Assembly: GCA_045863295.1 (NCBI GenBank)
Contig: BTWA01000007.1
Location: forward strand, 104,469-168,468
Direction: 5' to 3'
DNA length: 64,000 nucleotides
Origin: Candidatus Hydrogenedentota bacterium
GTDB lineage: Bacteria > Hydrogenedentota > Hydrogenedentia > Hydrogenedentales > SLHB01
Part shown: positions 11,051 through 20,929 of the stretch, piece by piece
How positions within the stretch are numbered: position 1 is the stretch's first letter
Layout: every line of letters starts with the position of its first letter
The notes under the pieces: generated by a model
Databases searched by the model: none
Seen by the model: only the letters and a program-made list of their open reading frames with translations
What the model was told of the DNA's origin: nothing
Translations under genes and position numbers: made by a program

Positions 11051-12430
11051 TTGGATAGTATTTTCATGCATCTGGCGACGATACCGTTCAGTAGAAGTGG
11101 ACATCCCTTGATATCACGCATTATATCCGCATCATCGCGTTCACCCGGGACTTTCCTTGCGTTTTTTTTCCTGATGGTATTTTCCGGTTGCCAGACAACT
11201 GTCAGCATGATGCCAACACCCAATATCTACAGGAACGGTGGAGAAAACCCGTTCGAATCGGTGCGAAGCGAATTCAGGACCAACGAAGTAGACATCATTT
11301 ATGCAACCGACCGTATGCCGGATGATTTATCTGACGCGCCGCATGTTCAGTATGGCCATATGCGGAGTCCGAAGCTTGTATTTGGCCAAGCCCGGATAGG
11401 GTTTGGCGAGGATGTATCGTGGGAAAACCTGGTGGAAGAGAGCCTTTCCGGTTCGCCCCGCAAGGACATGGCTCCGCGCGTTATTGATGTCCGTGAGATA
11501 ACTTCGCTTCCGGATCCGGTGGACTACTTGAATCCAGGGGTTCATGCGTTTTCGGACGACAGTGCGTTGTTGAATATCGAGCAAGCGGCCGCGTTGCGTT
11601 TGCATAGTCTGGTAAACGACTACGTTGAGGGGAGTGAGCATCGCGAAGCTTATGTGTTTGTACACGGGTACAACGTAAACTTTGACGATTCCGTCAAGGT
11701 GATGGCAGAACTTTGGCATTTTCTGGGCAGGGACGGGGTACCGATTGCCTATACGTGGCCCGCGGGTCACGGCGGCTTGCGGGGGTATACGATTGATCGG
11801 GAATCGGGAGAGTTTACGGTCTGGCATCTGAAGAGGTTTCTAACGGCTCTTGCAGCGTGTCCCTCGCTGGACAGGATCAACATTATTGCTCATAGCCGCG
11901 GTACTGATGTTGTGATAACAGCATTGCGCGAGTTGCACCAATTTCATTTGGGTGGAAATCGCGATACTCGAAGCGTATTGAAATTGGGCAACGTGGTGCT
12001 TGCCGCGCCGGATTTGGATCTCCAGGTGGCGACGCAACGCATTATCCCGGAAGGCTTGGGGAGCGTACCCGAGCGACTGACCATATACATTTCCGAAAAA
12101 GACCGGGCGATGGAAGCCTCCAACTGGTTGTTCGGCGGTGTGGCTCGACTTGGCCGACTAACGATGGCCCTTTTATTGCCTTTGGAATCCCGCCGGTATG
12201 AGTCCATGGATACCGTCGCGGTGATCGATGCCCGTACCAAACGTGCTGATATTTATGGGCACAGTTACTTTTATCAGAGTCCCGCAGTGAGCTCCGATCT
12301 TATTTTGTTATTGCGTAAAAACTGTGATCCAGGTATTGAGAATGGGCGCCCCCTTCGTCTTGCCGCCCCGAAGTATTGGGTTCTCGATGATTCCTATCCT
12401 TCGTTTCCGAAGGGTGAAGACGGCCAATAG
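11051..12430 (+). CDS. DUF900-family alpha/beta hydrolase, probable lipoprotein (start uncertain)
   Basis: Lipobox-like FSGC; YATDR; VFVHGYN; IIAHSRG nucleophile elbow; LAAPDLD; GHSYF. Confidence 0.85.
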   Translation: MDSIFMHLATIPFSRSGHPLISRIISASSRSPGTFLAFFFLMVFSGCQTTVSMMPTPNIYRNGGENPFESVRSEFRTNEVDIIYATDRMPDDLSDAPHVQYGHMRSPKLVFGQARIGFGEDVSWENLVEESLSGSPRKDMAPRVIDVREITSLPDPVDYLNPGVHAFSDDSALLNIEQAAALRLHSLVNDYVEGSEHREAYVFVHGYNVNFDDSVKVMAELWHFLGRDGVPIAYTWPAGHGGLRGYTIDRESGEFTVWHLKRFLTALAACPSLDRINIIAHSRGTDVVITALRELHQFHLGGNRDTRSVLKLGNVVLAAPDLDLQVATQRIIPEGLGSVPERLTIYISEKDRAMEASNWLFGGVARLGRLTMALLLPLESRRYESMDTVAVIDARTKRADIYGHSYFYQSPAVSSDLILLLRKNCDPGIENGRPLRLAAPKYWVLDDSYPSFPKGEDGQ

Positions 12431-12608
12431 CACTATCTGAAGGTATTGTTCTGATTAGATTTACGCAATTACGTACGTCGGCCTCTGGGAGGCCACTGCA
12501 TCTGAAGTCCGATTGCTGTTCCCGGGGGCTGTAGATTGAAGTAACTTGGAGCTTCTGCTAAAGTCCCGGAACCATAAAACCTATCAATACAAACTTGAGA
12601 AGCTCGGC

Positions 12609-13193
12609 ATGCCCGGTTACCGGCTTATTGCAGGCGTGATTTTGTGGTCCACTTCCGTCGTGTGCGGATTCTGGATCATTGCGCTTTACGAGAATGAGCC
12701 CGCCAAGGCCCAAACTGGGATGGTTGTTTGGCCCGAAGGTGTGAACCTGCCGGTAATACCCTCTAAGATGCCCCTACTCCTGTTCATTCATCCCAAGTGT
12801 CCTTGTACACGGGCAACGTTGTCCGAACTGGATAGATTGCTTCCGGACATCTCGTCTCGAGTGAGTCCGATCTTGATTTCATATGAGCCTTCCGATCCTG
12901 CCCTTGCGGTCGAATGGCGGAACACAATCAACGTGCGCTATTTCGACCAAACCCCAGGTGTACAAAAGGTATTTGATAAGCGGGGTGATCTGGCAAGGAA
13001 ATTTGGCGTGTCGGCTTCAGGAGCTTTACTCCTCTTTGATACGGATGGAAAATTGCTTTTTCAGGGCGGTATCACAAGCAGCCGGGGCCACGAAGGCGCC
13101 AATCCAATACAGGACAGTTTGGTTGACTTGATTCGAGATGGCAGCGGGAGTCCAGTAATTGCTCCTGTTTTTGGCTGCAGTCTGTTCGAGTAG
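12609..13193 (+). CDS. RedB-like membrane-anchored thioredoxin-fold protein
   Basis: N-terminal TM; FIHPKCPCTRATLSEL; FQGGITSSRGHEG; C-terminal VFGCSL. Confidence 0.7.
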   Translation: MPGYRLIAGVILWSTSVVCGFWIIALYENEPAKAQTGMVVWPEGVNLPVIPSKMPLLLFIHPKCPCTRATLSELDRLLPDISSRVSPILISYEPSDPALAVEWRNTINVRYFDQTPGVQKVFDKRGDLARKFGVSASGALLLFDTDGKLLFQGGITSSRGHEGANPIQDSLVDLIRDGSGSPVIAPVFGCSLFE

Positions 13194-13268
13194 CTGCAGG
13201 TCCAGTGCAAACTTAGAATTGATTGTGTTCTGTTTGAAACACGATATTCGCGAAAGGTAGCGACGATT

Positions 13269-15170
13269 TTGGATGTTCTAGCGCGAGCCAACGAAATATT
13301 CGAGGGAGACCGCAAACGCCTATTCATTCAAGTGGATAAGGTTTTCGGCGGTTTGATGGTATTTCAGTTTATCGCGTCTGTCGTTTTTGCGCTGGTGGTA
13401 TCGCCGCGTGCGTGGTCGGGCGAGGTAAGCCATCTACACCCCCATGTTTGGTCGGCGGTTATACTAGGCGGAATCATCTCCATATTTCCGTGTTTATTGG
13501 TTCAGCTTTATCCCGGCATGCTTCTGACGCGCCATGTGGTGGGTGTTTCCCAGATGTTGATGGGAGCATTGTTAATCCACCTTACGGGTGGCCGGATCGA
13601 GACTCATTTTCATGTATTTGGTTCACTTGCATTCCTTTCATTTTACCGTGACTGGCCTGTATTGATTTCGGCTTCAGCTGTTGTCGCCACGGATCATTTT
13701 TTGCGGGGCGTATATTGGCCGCAGTCTGTATTTGGTGTTTTGTTCGCCTCACAATGGCGATGGATTGAGCATGCCGCGTGGGTTGTGTTTATTGATGTGT
13801 TCTTGGTTTCGACCTGTATTCGCAGCATACGAGAGATGAGAGACTCGGCGAGCCGAATGGCTGAACTCGAAGCGACAAACCGCGTAATTGACGCCAAAGT
13901 GAAAGAGCGTACTGCTGAACTTGCCCGGCATCGGGAAAGGCTTGAAGAGGAAGTCGCTGAGCGTACGTCCGCACTTCAAGCGGCCATGAGTAATCTGAAG
14001 GCCAACAATGTCGAACTCGAATTGGCGAATCAGCACAAGAACCGATTTCTTTCCACGATGAGCCATGAACTTCGCACGCCGTTGAATGCGATCATCGGAT
14101 TTACCGATTTGCTGCAATCCGAGGGATTTGGCACGCTCAACAAGGATCAGAGTGAATATGTAGGCCGTGTGGCTGCCAGTGGCGAACACTTGTTGTCGCT
14201 CATTAATGATGTGCTGGATGTTGCGCGCATCGACGCGGGGACCATGGAATTTCGCGCCGAACCTTTCGAAGTCAAGTTGGCTGTTCATGAAGTGATGAAG
14301 ATGTTGAGTGAGCCGCTAAAGAAGAAGAGTATTTCCATCAAGTCTGACATTCCAGATAACGCGGGTGCAGTGGTCGCCGACCAAAGAAAATTCCGGCAAA
14401 TTCTGCTCAACCTGGTGGGGAATGCCATTAAGTACAGCCCAGACGGTGGGCACATTGAAATTGGCGCCCGCCCGGATGGAGAACATGAACTTCAAATTTC
14501 GGTCAGCGATCACGGTATTGGGATTGCTGAAGAAGACCAGTCGCGCATATTTGATGAGTTTCACCAAGTAAACCGGCGACGCGATGAGGCACTTGGCGGA
14601 ATCGGTTTGGGATTGGCACTGACACGCCGTCTTGTCGATTTGCAAGGCGGCCGGATATGGGTAGAAAGCGAGTTGGGCCGGGGATCCACATTTATATTTA
14701 CACTTCCCCGCAGTACCGAGGGGGTTGCCGGGCCTGAATCCGCGGTGCCGGAACTGGAGCAAGCCGGTGGGCGGCAGACGGAGCAAAAACTGATTTTGAT
14801 CGCCGAAGATAATGAAGCCAATCGAGTGATGATTGAGAACATGATTTACTTGAAGCACTACCAGACGGTTCTCGCGTGCAACGGGCGCGAGTGCATTGAG
14901 TTGGCTCAAAAACATAGACCTGACCTAATCCTGACCGATGTCCGCATGCCGGTGATGGATGGCCTGGAAGCCACCCGTCGTCTTCGCGCGATGCCAGATT
15001 TTCAGAACATACCGATTATCGCACTTACGGCCAATGCCAGCGCCGTATCTGAGGAAGATTGTTTGGCGGCGGGGTGCGACGAACATATGGCGAAGCCGGT
15101 AAAAATCCGGCAACTTTTTGCAGCGCTCGACCGGTATTTGAAACCAGAATCCGACCCGATTCCCGCGTAA
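13269..15170 (+). CDS. Hybrid sensor histidine kinase (His-rich membrane domain, HisKA, HATPase, REC)
   Basis: About 5-6 TM with IETHFHVFGSLAF; H-box MSHELRTPLNAIIGF; NLVGNAIKY; DHGIGI; GIGLGL; REC LILTDVRMPVMDG...KP. Confidence 0.93.
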   Translation: MDVLARANEIFEGDRKRLFIQVDKVFGGLMVFQFIASVVFALVVSPRAWSGEVSHLHPHVWSAVILGGIISIFPCLLVQLYPGMLLTRHVVGVSQMLMGALLIHLTGGRIETHFHVFGSLAFLSFYRDWPVLISASAVVATDHFLRGVYWPQSVFGVLFASQWRWIEHAAWVVFIDVFLVSTCIRSIREMRDSASRMAELEATNRVIDAKVKERTAELARHRERLEEEVAERTSALQAAMSNLKANNVELELANQHKNRFLSTMSHELRTPLNAIIGFTDLLQSEGFGTLNKDQSEYVGRVAASGEHLLSLINDVLDVARIDAGTMEFRAEPFEVKLAVHEVMKMLSEPLKKKSISIKSDIPDNAGAVVADQRKFRQILLNLVGNAIKYSPDGGHIEIGARPDGEHELQISVSDHGIGIAEEDQSRIFDEFHQVNRRRDEALGGIGLGLALTRRLVDLQGGRIWVESELGRGSTFIFTLPRSTEGVAGPESAVPELEQAGGRQTEQKLILIAEDNEANRVMIENMIYLKHYQTVLACNGRECIELAQKHRPDLILTDVRMPVMDGLEATRRLRAMPDFQNIPIIALTANASAVSEEDCLAAGCDEHMAKPVKIRQLFAALDRYLKPESDPIPA

Positions 15171-15189
15171 CGTATAGACGTCAGGATGA

Positions 15190-16332
15190 GTGTGCATGGA
15201 AATGGCCTTAACCGACAAAACATCCGAAATGGCCTTGGACAAGGCCGACATTCTGATCGTGGACGACAGCGAGCAGAATCGTGCTGTCCTGGCCGGTCAT
15301 ATTCGCTTAATAGGTCACACTTCCCGCGACGCGGAAAACGGGCTCCTGGCATTGGCGGCCATGCGGGCACAGACACCGGACTTGATTTTACTGGATCTCA
15401 ATATGCCAGTGATGGATGGTGTAGAAGTTTTGGGGGAGATGGAATCGGATTCGGTACTTTCCGGCATTCCCGTGGTGATTATATCGGGAAACGATGATCC
15501 GACGATCATCAGCGAGTGCATACGCCGTGGCGCTGACGATTATCTTGTGAAGCCATTCCAGCCCAGGATACTTAGGGCCCGGATCGAGAATTCGCTCGCC
15601 AAATTGCGATTCAGGCAAAAAGAGCGTGCGCTTCATGAAATGACAGAGAGGTACAACGAGGAGCTGAAAGAGCGCGTGCAAGCACAAGTGCGCCAAATCA
15701 CCGAAGCGCAGTTGAGCACCATATTTGCTTTGAGCACGCTTGCGGAATCCCGCGATCCGGAAACCGGCGCACATTTGGAACGCATGCGATCCTACTGCGC
15801 ATTGCTTGCGAGTGAACTTGCCACGAATGGCCCCTATGCAGGTGAGATATCGAGGGACTTTGCGGATTTGCTTTATTCAGCTTCGCCACTGCATGACATT
15901 GGAAAAGTTGGCGTTCCCGACAATGTCTTGTGCAAACCGGGCAAACTTACTGAAGACGAATATGCGATTATGCAGACGCATTGCCAATTGGGCGCGGATA
16001 CGTTGCGGCGCCTGAAAGACAAGTTTCCTGATAATACGTTTCTGGCCATGGGATACGAGATTGCGTTGTACCACCATGAGAAGTGGAATGGCAAGGGCTA
16101 TCCCTCGGGATTGCGGGAAAATGCGATCCCGTTGTCTGCGCGTATACTGGCATTATGCGACGTATACGATGCGCTTACATCCAAGCGATGCTATAAAGAC
16201 GCGATGTCTCATGAGGCCAGCGCGGCAATCATTTACAAGGAGCGAGGTGAGCATTTTGATCCCGCAATTGTGGATGCATTTCACAATTGTGAACTTCAGT
16301 TTCAGGAAATCTGCAGACAGTTTCAGGATTAG
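15190..16332 (+). CDS. REC + HD-GYP response regulator (RpfG-like c-di-GMP phosphodiesterase); start uncertain
   Basis: ILIVDD; LLDLNMP; RDPETGAHLER; LHDIGK; HHEKWNGKGYP; DVYDALTSKRCYK. Confidence 0.93.
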   Translation: MCMEMALTDKTSEMALDKADILIVDDSEQNRAVLAGHIRLIGHTSRDAENGLLALAAMRAQTPDLILLDLNMPVMDGVEVLGEMESDSVLSGIPVVIISGNDDPTIISECIRRGADDYLVKPFQPRILRARIENSLAKLRFRQKERALHEMTERYNEELKERVQAQVRQITEAQLSTIFALSTLAESRDPETGAHLERMRSYCALLASELATNGPYAGEISRDFADLLYSASPLHDIGKVGVPDNVLCKPGKLTEDEYAIMQTHCQLGADTLRRLKDKFPDNTFLAMGYEIALYHHEKWNGKGYPSGLRENAIPLSARILALCDVYDALTSKRCYKDAMSHEASAAIIYKERGEHFDPAIVDAFHNCELQFQEICRQFQD

Positions 16333-16363
16333 GACACAGTTCACCGTTGTACGAAGCGTTTAG

Positions 16364-19195
16364 TTATTCCCATTGGCCGTTGTCGAATTTCGCGCAGTCT
16401 GTCTGATCTCCATTCAAATTCCAGGATACGGCTTCGCCATGGGCATGAAATTCGCGCCAGTGAGACCTTGATTTCAAATTGCCGTTCTGCCAGTAGATGG
16501 ACATTACTTCGTTACTTTTATCCGTGTGGTCCCGCTTCCATTCGGGTTGTCCGTTGGGTGCGTAAGATATTTCGAGTCCGGTCTTTTGACCGAGTTCGTA
16601 GGTAGTTTCGTAGCACTTCGTGCCGTCGCTGTAGAACCACGACTCCGGTCCATGCAGCAAATAGCGTCCGTCATCGCCTACACCGGCGTTCCATGTGTGC
16701 TTGGGTTTTCCGTCGGGATATGATTCTGAATACAGATTCACGTCGCGAATCACGTGCGCGGAATTTGTCATCAAGGCCTCATTGGGTGGGCTATTTGATT
16801 CCGTTGCGAGTATCCATGATTCGTTCATGGCGAAGTGGAGGCAGGGTTTATTCATGGTAGTGATAACGTGGATCAATCCGTCCGGCGCCTGGCGCGCCAC
16901 GGAGTAGCCAAGCGTTGCCTCCATATTCACCTTTTCGCTGTCCTCGTGTGGCTGCGCTCCGGGGAGTTTCTTCCTAATCCACGTTTCGCCGTCGTCTTCG
17001 GAGAGTGCCACCATAGCGCCCCTTTCCGAGACGGTAACCGGGGAAGCGCCGTCTATTCGTTGCAGATCGCCGCAGAAGAAGAGACGGCCGCTCTTCAATC
17101 GGATTACACACGGCCGTTGATTGGAGCCGTAAGCGGGAAACGGTGTTTCAGAGACGGTCCACGATTTTGCTTGATCTCGAGAAATAGACTGAGGCATGTA
17201 CCCGCCGATTTCACTGCTCTTGCCTCCCAATCCAAGGATCGATTCTCCGTCGGAAAGGAGCGTAATGGTGGTATGCCGGCCGCCGGTTCGGCCACCGGGA
17301 TCTTCCCATGTATGTAGGCCGTCTCTGCTGAGCCAGAGTACGGACGACGGTCCTTCGCCGTCGCTGGGCAGGAAGACGCGCCCCTCCTTGTCTTTTAGCA
17401 TCGTATTGATGGGTTGTCTGGAATGGGGCCCGAGTAGTGTCGTGAATTGGGGAAATTGGACGTCGCTCCAGTTGGCCCCGCTATCGTTGGTTTCGATCCA
17501 GCTAAAGGGATATGCGCCCGCCGCGTGGGTATTTGCCCAGAAGAAGCGAACAGTTGTTTCGTCCTTCCATAACAGCGGCGTATTGTCGCAAGCGTCCGGC
17601 ATGTCCATGAAGAGGCTTGGCATGTCCCATTCGTCGTTGCCGAACCGCAATCGTGTTGCGATAATGGCCATCCCCGGCTCGTATTCCTCCCATGATGTGA
17701 ATATTGCCATCAACAGATCGCCGTTGGGCATGACTTCCAGTGCGGGGCTGTGGTTGTGTCCGCAAAAGGCGGGATGCAATCCGAGTAGTGCCATGGCGCG
17801 TACATGGCGCGCGATGCGTTCGGAGTGGGATTGGGCGTTAAATGCGGTAATGGTTTCGGGGGGCGAAGGAAGCAGGTACCGCTTGCGGAAATAGGGTTTG
17901 TTTTCCGGCGGTCCGAACGAAAGGGCCGCACCATGCGTTAACTGTTTTATGCCTCTGTTGACGAACGGTGTGCATGATGCAACGGGAATAGAGTCGGGCA
18001 TGGTTGCCTGGACGATGCGAAAGCCGATGTCATGCCGTCCGAGTTCAGCGGGTCCTTTGTCCGCGCCAAATGAGGGAGGCATTCCTGCGCGATTGGACTG
18101 CCGTTGATAATAGTAACCGCGAGTATGGGGCAGCATGAAGCGTGTGTTTGCGTCGATTTTGTTGCCGCGCACGACGCGAGCGACCCCTGAGGCCGGACCG
18201 ACGGGGTCACGTTCCGCGAATGCAGGGTATTCGCCGTACCAGTCGTGACACCATTCCGCGACGTCGTCGCACATGCCAATGAGGCCGAGTTTCCCTGGGG
18301 TTGGCTTTGACAGCAGTGGCAGGTTTGCGGCTTCCACGCCGTGTGCATCGAAGCCGCCAAGCCACGAAGGCAACGCGTTTGTGGTCTTGTTGAACACGAA
18401 ATACAGCCGAAAGGGCTTGGTGGCTTGGATGGACAAAAAGCGATCCTCGTTCGAGTACTCTTCAGTCACGCAGGTCTGAACGAGTCTTGCACCTTCGAGC
18501 GATTTGTCCATTTCGGTGACGAGATATTCACGATCGAGGTACGGCTTTGCGCCAACCTGGAGGTTTGTGTGGACGCGTTGTGGTCCATAGGCGGGTACAG
18601 CGATCTTCCATTCACAACCTGGATCCTCGGACACCACAATGGGTATGAACGTTCCTGCAGATCCGGTGCGTGCACGGTCATTTCCGCCGAACACGTATTC
18701 GCCGGCATCGAACAATTTAGAGTAGACAATTCCTTCAAACGTCGTGGTTTTAAATACGATATTTGGGGCCAAGTTGAGCGCGGAATTTGTGTTGTCTCCG
18801 GGACCGCCTCCGTTGAGCGTGCAGGCGCGTTCCCACTCCGCTTCGGTCGGCAGCCGATAGTGATTTCCGTCCTTGCTGGAGAGCCAAGTACAGTATGCGA
18901 CGGCGTCGTTCCAACTGACACCTGTGACCGATCCCGAAGCGGAGGAGACTGTATGCGTGGGATCGAACCGCTGGTATTCTTCCAATGTGACCTTTTGAGT
19001 GGCGATGCGATATTCGTGAGTGATAATCACTTCGCGCACGGGTAGTTCGTCCCAATCGCCGGAGTCCGAGCCCATGGTGAAGGAACCTCCGGGAACGGTC
19101 ACGAAGTTGGCATTATCGGACGTGGGAGGGGCGCTGTGCACGTAGACGGGCACTGACAAAAGAAGAAACGTCAGAAGTATGTGACGTGGGCGCAA
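16364..19195 (-). CDS. Secreted SUMF1/FGE-like + BNR (sialidase-like) propeller + MORN-like repeat fusion
   Basis: TTG start after GGGAGGGG; FTMGS; RLPTEAEWE; VAEWCHDWY; RVVRG; IGFRIV; Asp-boxes (SRDGLHTW, SEDDGETW); C-terminal YPDGKP / YSDGTK / YWQNGNLKS repeats. Confidence 0.85.
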   Translation of the reverse strand: MRPRHILLTFLLLSVPVYVHSAPPTSDNANFVTVPGGSFTMGSDSGDWDELPVREVIITHEYRIATQKVTLEEYQRFDPTHTVSSASGSVTGVSWNDAVAYCTWLSSKDGNHYRLPTEAEWERACTLNGGGPGDNTNSALNLAPNIVFKTTTFEGIVYSKLFDAGEYVFGGNDRARTGSAGTFIPIVVSEDPGCEWKIAVPAYGPQRVHTNLQVGAKPYLDREYLVTEMDKSLEGARLVQTCVTEEYSNEDRFLSIQATKPFRLYFVFNKTTNALPSWLGGFDAHGVEAANLPLLSKPTPGKLGLIGMCDDVAEWCHDWYGEYPAFAERDPVGPASGVARVVRGNKIDANTRFMLPHTRGYYYQRQSNRAGMPPSFGADKGPAELGRHDIGFRIVQATMPDSIPVASCTPFVNRGIKQLTHGAALSFGPPENKPYFRKRYLLPSPPETITAFNAQSHSERIARHVRAMALLGLHPAFCGHNHSPALEVMPNGDLLMAIFTSWEEYEPGMAIIATRLRFGNDEWDMPSLFMDMPDACDNTPLLWKDETTVRFFWANTHAAGAYPFSWIETNDSGANWSDVQFPQFTTLLGPHSRQPINTMLKDKEGRVFLPSDGEGPSSVLWLSRDGLHTWEDPGGRTGGRHTTITLLSDGESILGLGGKSSEIGGYMPQSISRDQAKSWTVSETPFPAYGSNQRPCVIRLKSGRLFFCGDLQRIDGASPVTVSERGAMVALSEDDGETWIRKKLPGAQPHEDSEKVNMEATLGYSVARQAPDGLIHVITTMNKPCLHFAMNESWILATESNSPPNEALMTNSAHVIRDVNLYSESYPDGKPKHTWNAGVGDDGRYLLHGPESWFYSDGTKCYETTYELGQKTGLEISYAPNGQPEWKRDHTDKSNEVMSIYWQNGNLKSRSHWREFHAHGEAVSWNLNGDQTDCAKFDNGQWE

Positions 19196-19287
19196 ATCGA
19201 CCCCTCCCTGTGTGTAGAACTTACTCGCACCGGCGGCGGCAACTACATAATACGAAGTCGCGCGACGTAAGCCAATCAGGGGGGGAT

Positions 19288-20916
19288 TCAATTCTCCTGC
19301 GCGGTTAGATTGACCGAGGTTTCTGTTTCCGGCGAAGGTGTATCCCAGCCTCCGCCCAAAGCCTTGTAGAGTGCTATCAGGTCGGTCAATACGAAGCTTT
19401 CGCTCTGTACAAGCTGGTCTTCCGACAGGAACAGCTGCAATTGAGCCTGCAGCACGTTCAGGAAACCTTCCAAGCCACGTACATATCTTTCATTCGCAAG
19501 TTGAACGGCTTTTTCGTTTGCTTTGACCGCTTCTTCGAGCGACCTTCTGCGAATCTGTTGCTGGGCGAAAGATACCAGGCTGTTTTCGACGTCTTCCAAA
19601 GCGAAGAGAATAGTTCGCTCGTAGGCGATCAGGGCTTGTTCCTGACGCGCGTCCTGTACTTCTACGTTAGCAAGGATTCGCCCGCCTTGAAAGATGGGCC
19701 AATGGATGCTGGGGCCGACTGACCACAATTGATTTGAGGTACTCCACACATTTCCCAAGCTGGGACTTTGCCCGGCAAACGCACCGGTCAGGTAGAACTT
19801 TGGAAATAGGTCGGCTTTTGCCGCGCCTATCCGTGCCGTGGCGGCTGCGAGTTCTCGCTCCGCAGTGCGAATATCAGGCCTGCGGAGGAGGAGTTCCGAA
19901 GGCAACCCCACTGGAATTTCAGCAGGGGTCACCGGGATTGGAAGCGAGGGATAGAGCGTGTCGCGGAAAGAACCTGGGACTTCTCCGGCGAGTACGCCGA
20001 GGCGATGAATAGAACTTTCGATTTGGGTATGCAGGACTGGCAACTGGGACTGCGTGGCGGCCAGCTGCGCTCTTGCCTGAGTGACATCGAGTTCGCTTGT
20101 CAGGCCTGCATCGAACCGGGCTTGCGTCAATTGTACGGTCTTTGCTTGTGCCTGGACATTTTTTTCGGTGATTTCCAGTCTGCGTTGGGTGGAACGCAAC
20201 TCAATGTAGTTCAGCGCCACCTCGGCGGCCATCGTAACTTGCACATCTCTGCGCCGTTCGATTTCTGCTTCGATGACTGCGCTTGCGGCCTCGGTTGCGC
20301 GGCGGTTTCCGCCAAAGACATCGATTTCCCAACTTGCATCAAATCCTGCCTGATAGAGTCCCGATGTGCGATCGAATTTTTCGGGCGTGCTTCCGGGAGT
20401 GTAGTTATAACTGGTCGCTGAATCCTGGCCCGTAATGGTTGTGGTTGTGCTCAGGTCACCTCTTCGCGTCGTGAGGCTGCGCGAAATGCCGTTTGGCGAC
20501 GTGGACAATCCGAACGAGATGGGCGGTGCGGCCTGTTGATCGGGTTCCACCACTTGCCGTTCGGTCCATGATGCCGCGGCGTTGAGCGTTGGCCACAAAG
20601 CGGAGCCTGCGATACGTCTTGCGGCTCTGGCTTCACGCACGCGCGCTTCAGCGGTGCGGATTTCAAGGTTGTTCTCGAGGGTTTTGCCGATGAGTTCCGT
20701 GAGTACCGGGTCGTTCAACAGGGTCCACCACTGGCTCAAATCCGTGGATTGATCCACGGCGCCCCCTTCGCGAGGCGATGCCCATTCTGTGGGAATATCC
20801 ACATCGGGCCGAGCATAGTCGGGTCCAGTTTTGCAGCCCGTACCCATGATCGTGCTTAAAGACAGAATGCAGGCGAAGATGATGTTGGCGACTCTATTTT
20901 GGCAAGTAGCACTCAT
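19288..20916 (-). CDS. RND efflux outer-membrane lipoprotein (NodT/OprM/TolC family)
   Basis: Lipobox TGC + GPDYARP; ASWEIDVFG; LPSELLLRRPDIRTAE; LYKALGGGW. Confidence 0.95.
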   Translation of the reverse strand: MSATCQNRVANIIFACILSLSTIMGTGCKTGPDYARPDVDIPTEWASPREGGAVDQSTDLSQWWTLLNDPVLTELIGKTLENNLEIRTAEARVREARAARRIAGSALWPTLNAAASWTERQVVEPDQQAAPPISFGLSTSPNGISRSLTTRRGDLSTTTTITGQDSATSYNYTPGSTPEKFDRTSGLYQAGFDASWEIDVFGGNRRATEAASAVIEAEIERRRDVQVTMAAEVALNYIELRSTQRRLEITEKNVQAQAKTVQLTQARFDAGLTSELDVTQARAQLAATQSQLPVLHTQIESSIHRLGVLAGEVPGSFRDTLYPSLPIPVTPAEIPVGLPSELLLRRPDIRTAERELAAATARIGAAKADLFPKFYLTGAFAGQSPSLGNVWSTSNQLWSVGPSIHWPIFQGGRILANVEVQDARQEQALIAYERTILFALEDVENSLVSFAQQQIRRRSLEEAVKANEKAVQLANERYVRGLEGFLNVLQAQLQLFLSEDQLVQSESFVLTDLIALYKALGGGWDTPSPETETSVNLTAQEN

Positions 20917-20929
20917 ACTGGATTACCGT

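Noticed and set aside
16364..19195. FGE-domain protein as the maturase for the sulfatase at 55995..57521
   Set aside because: It lacks the catalytic cysteine pair and lies about 37 kb away.
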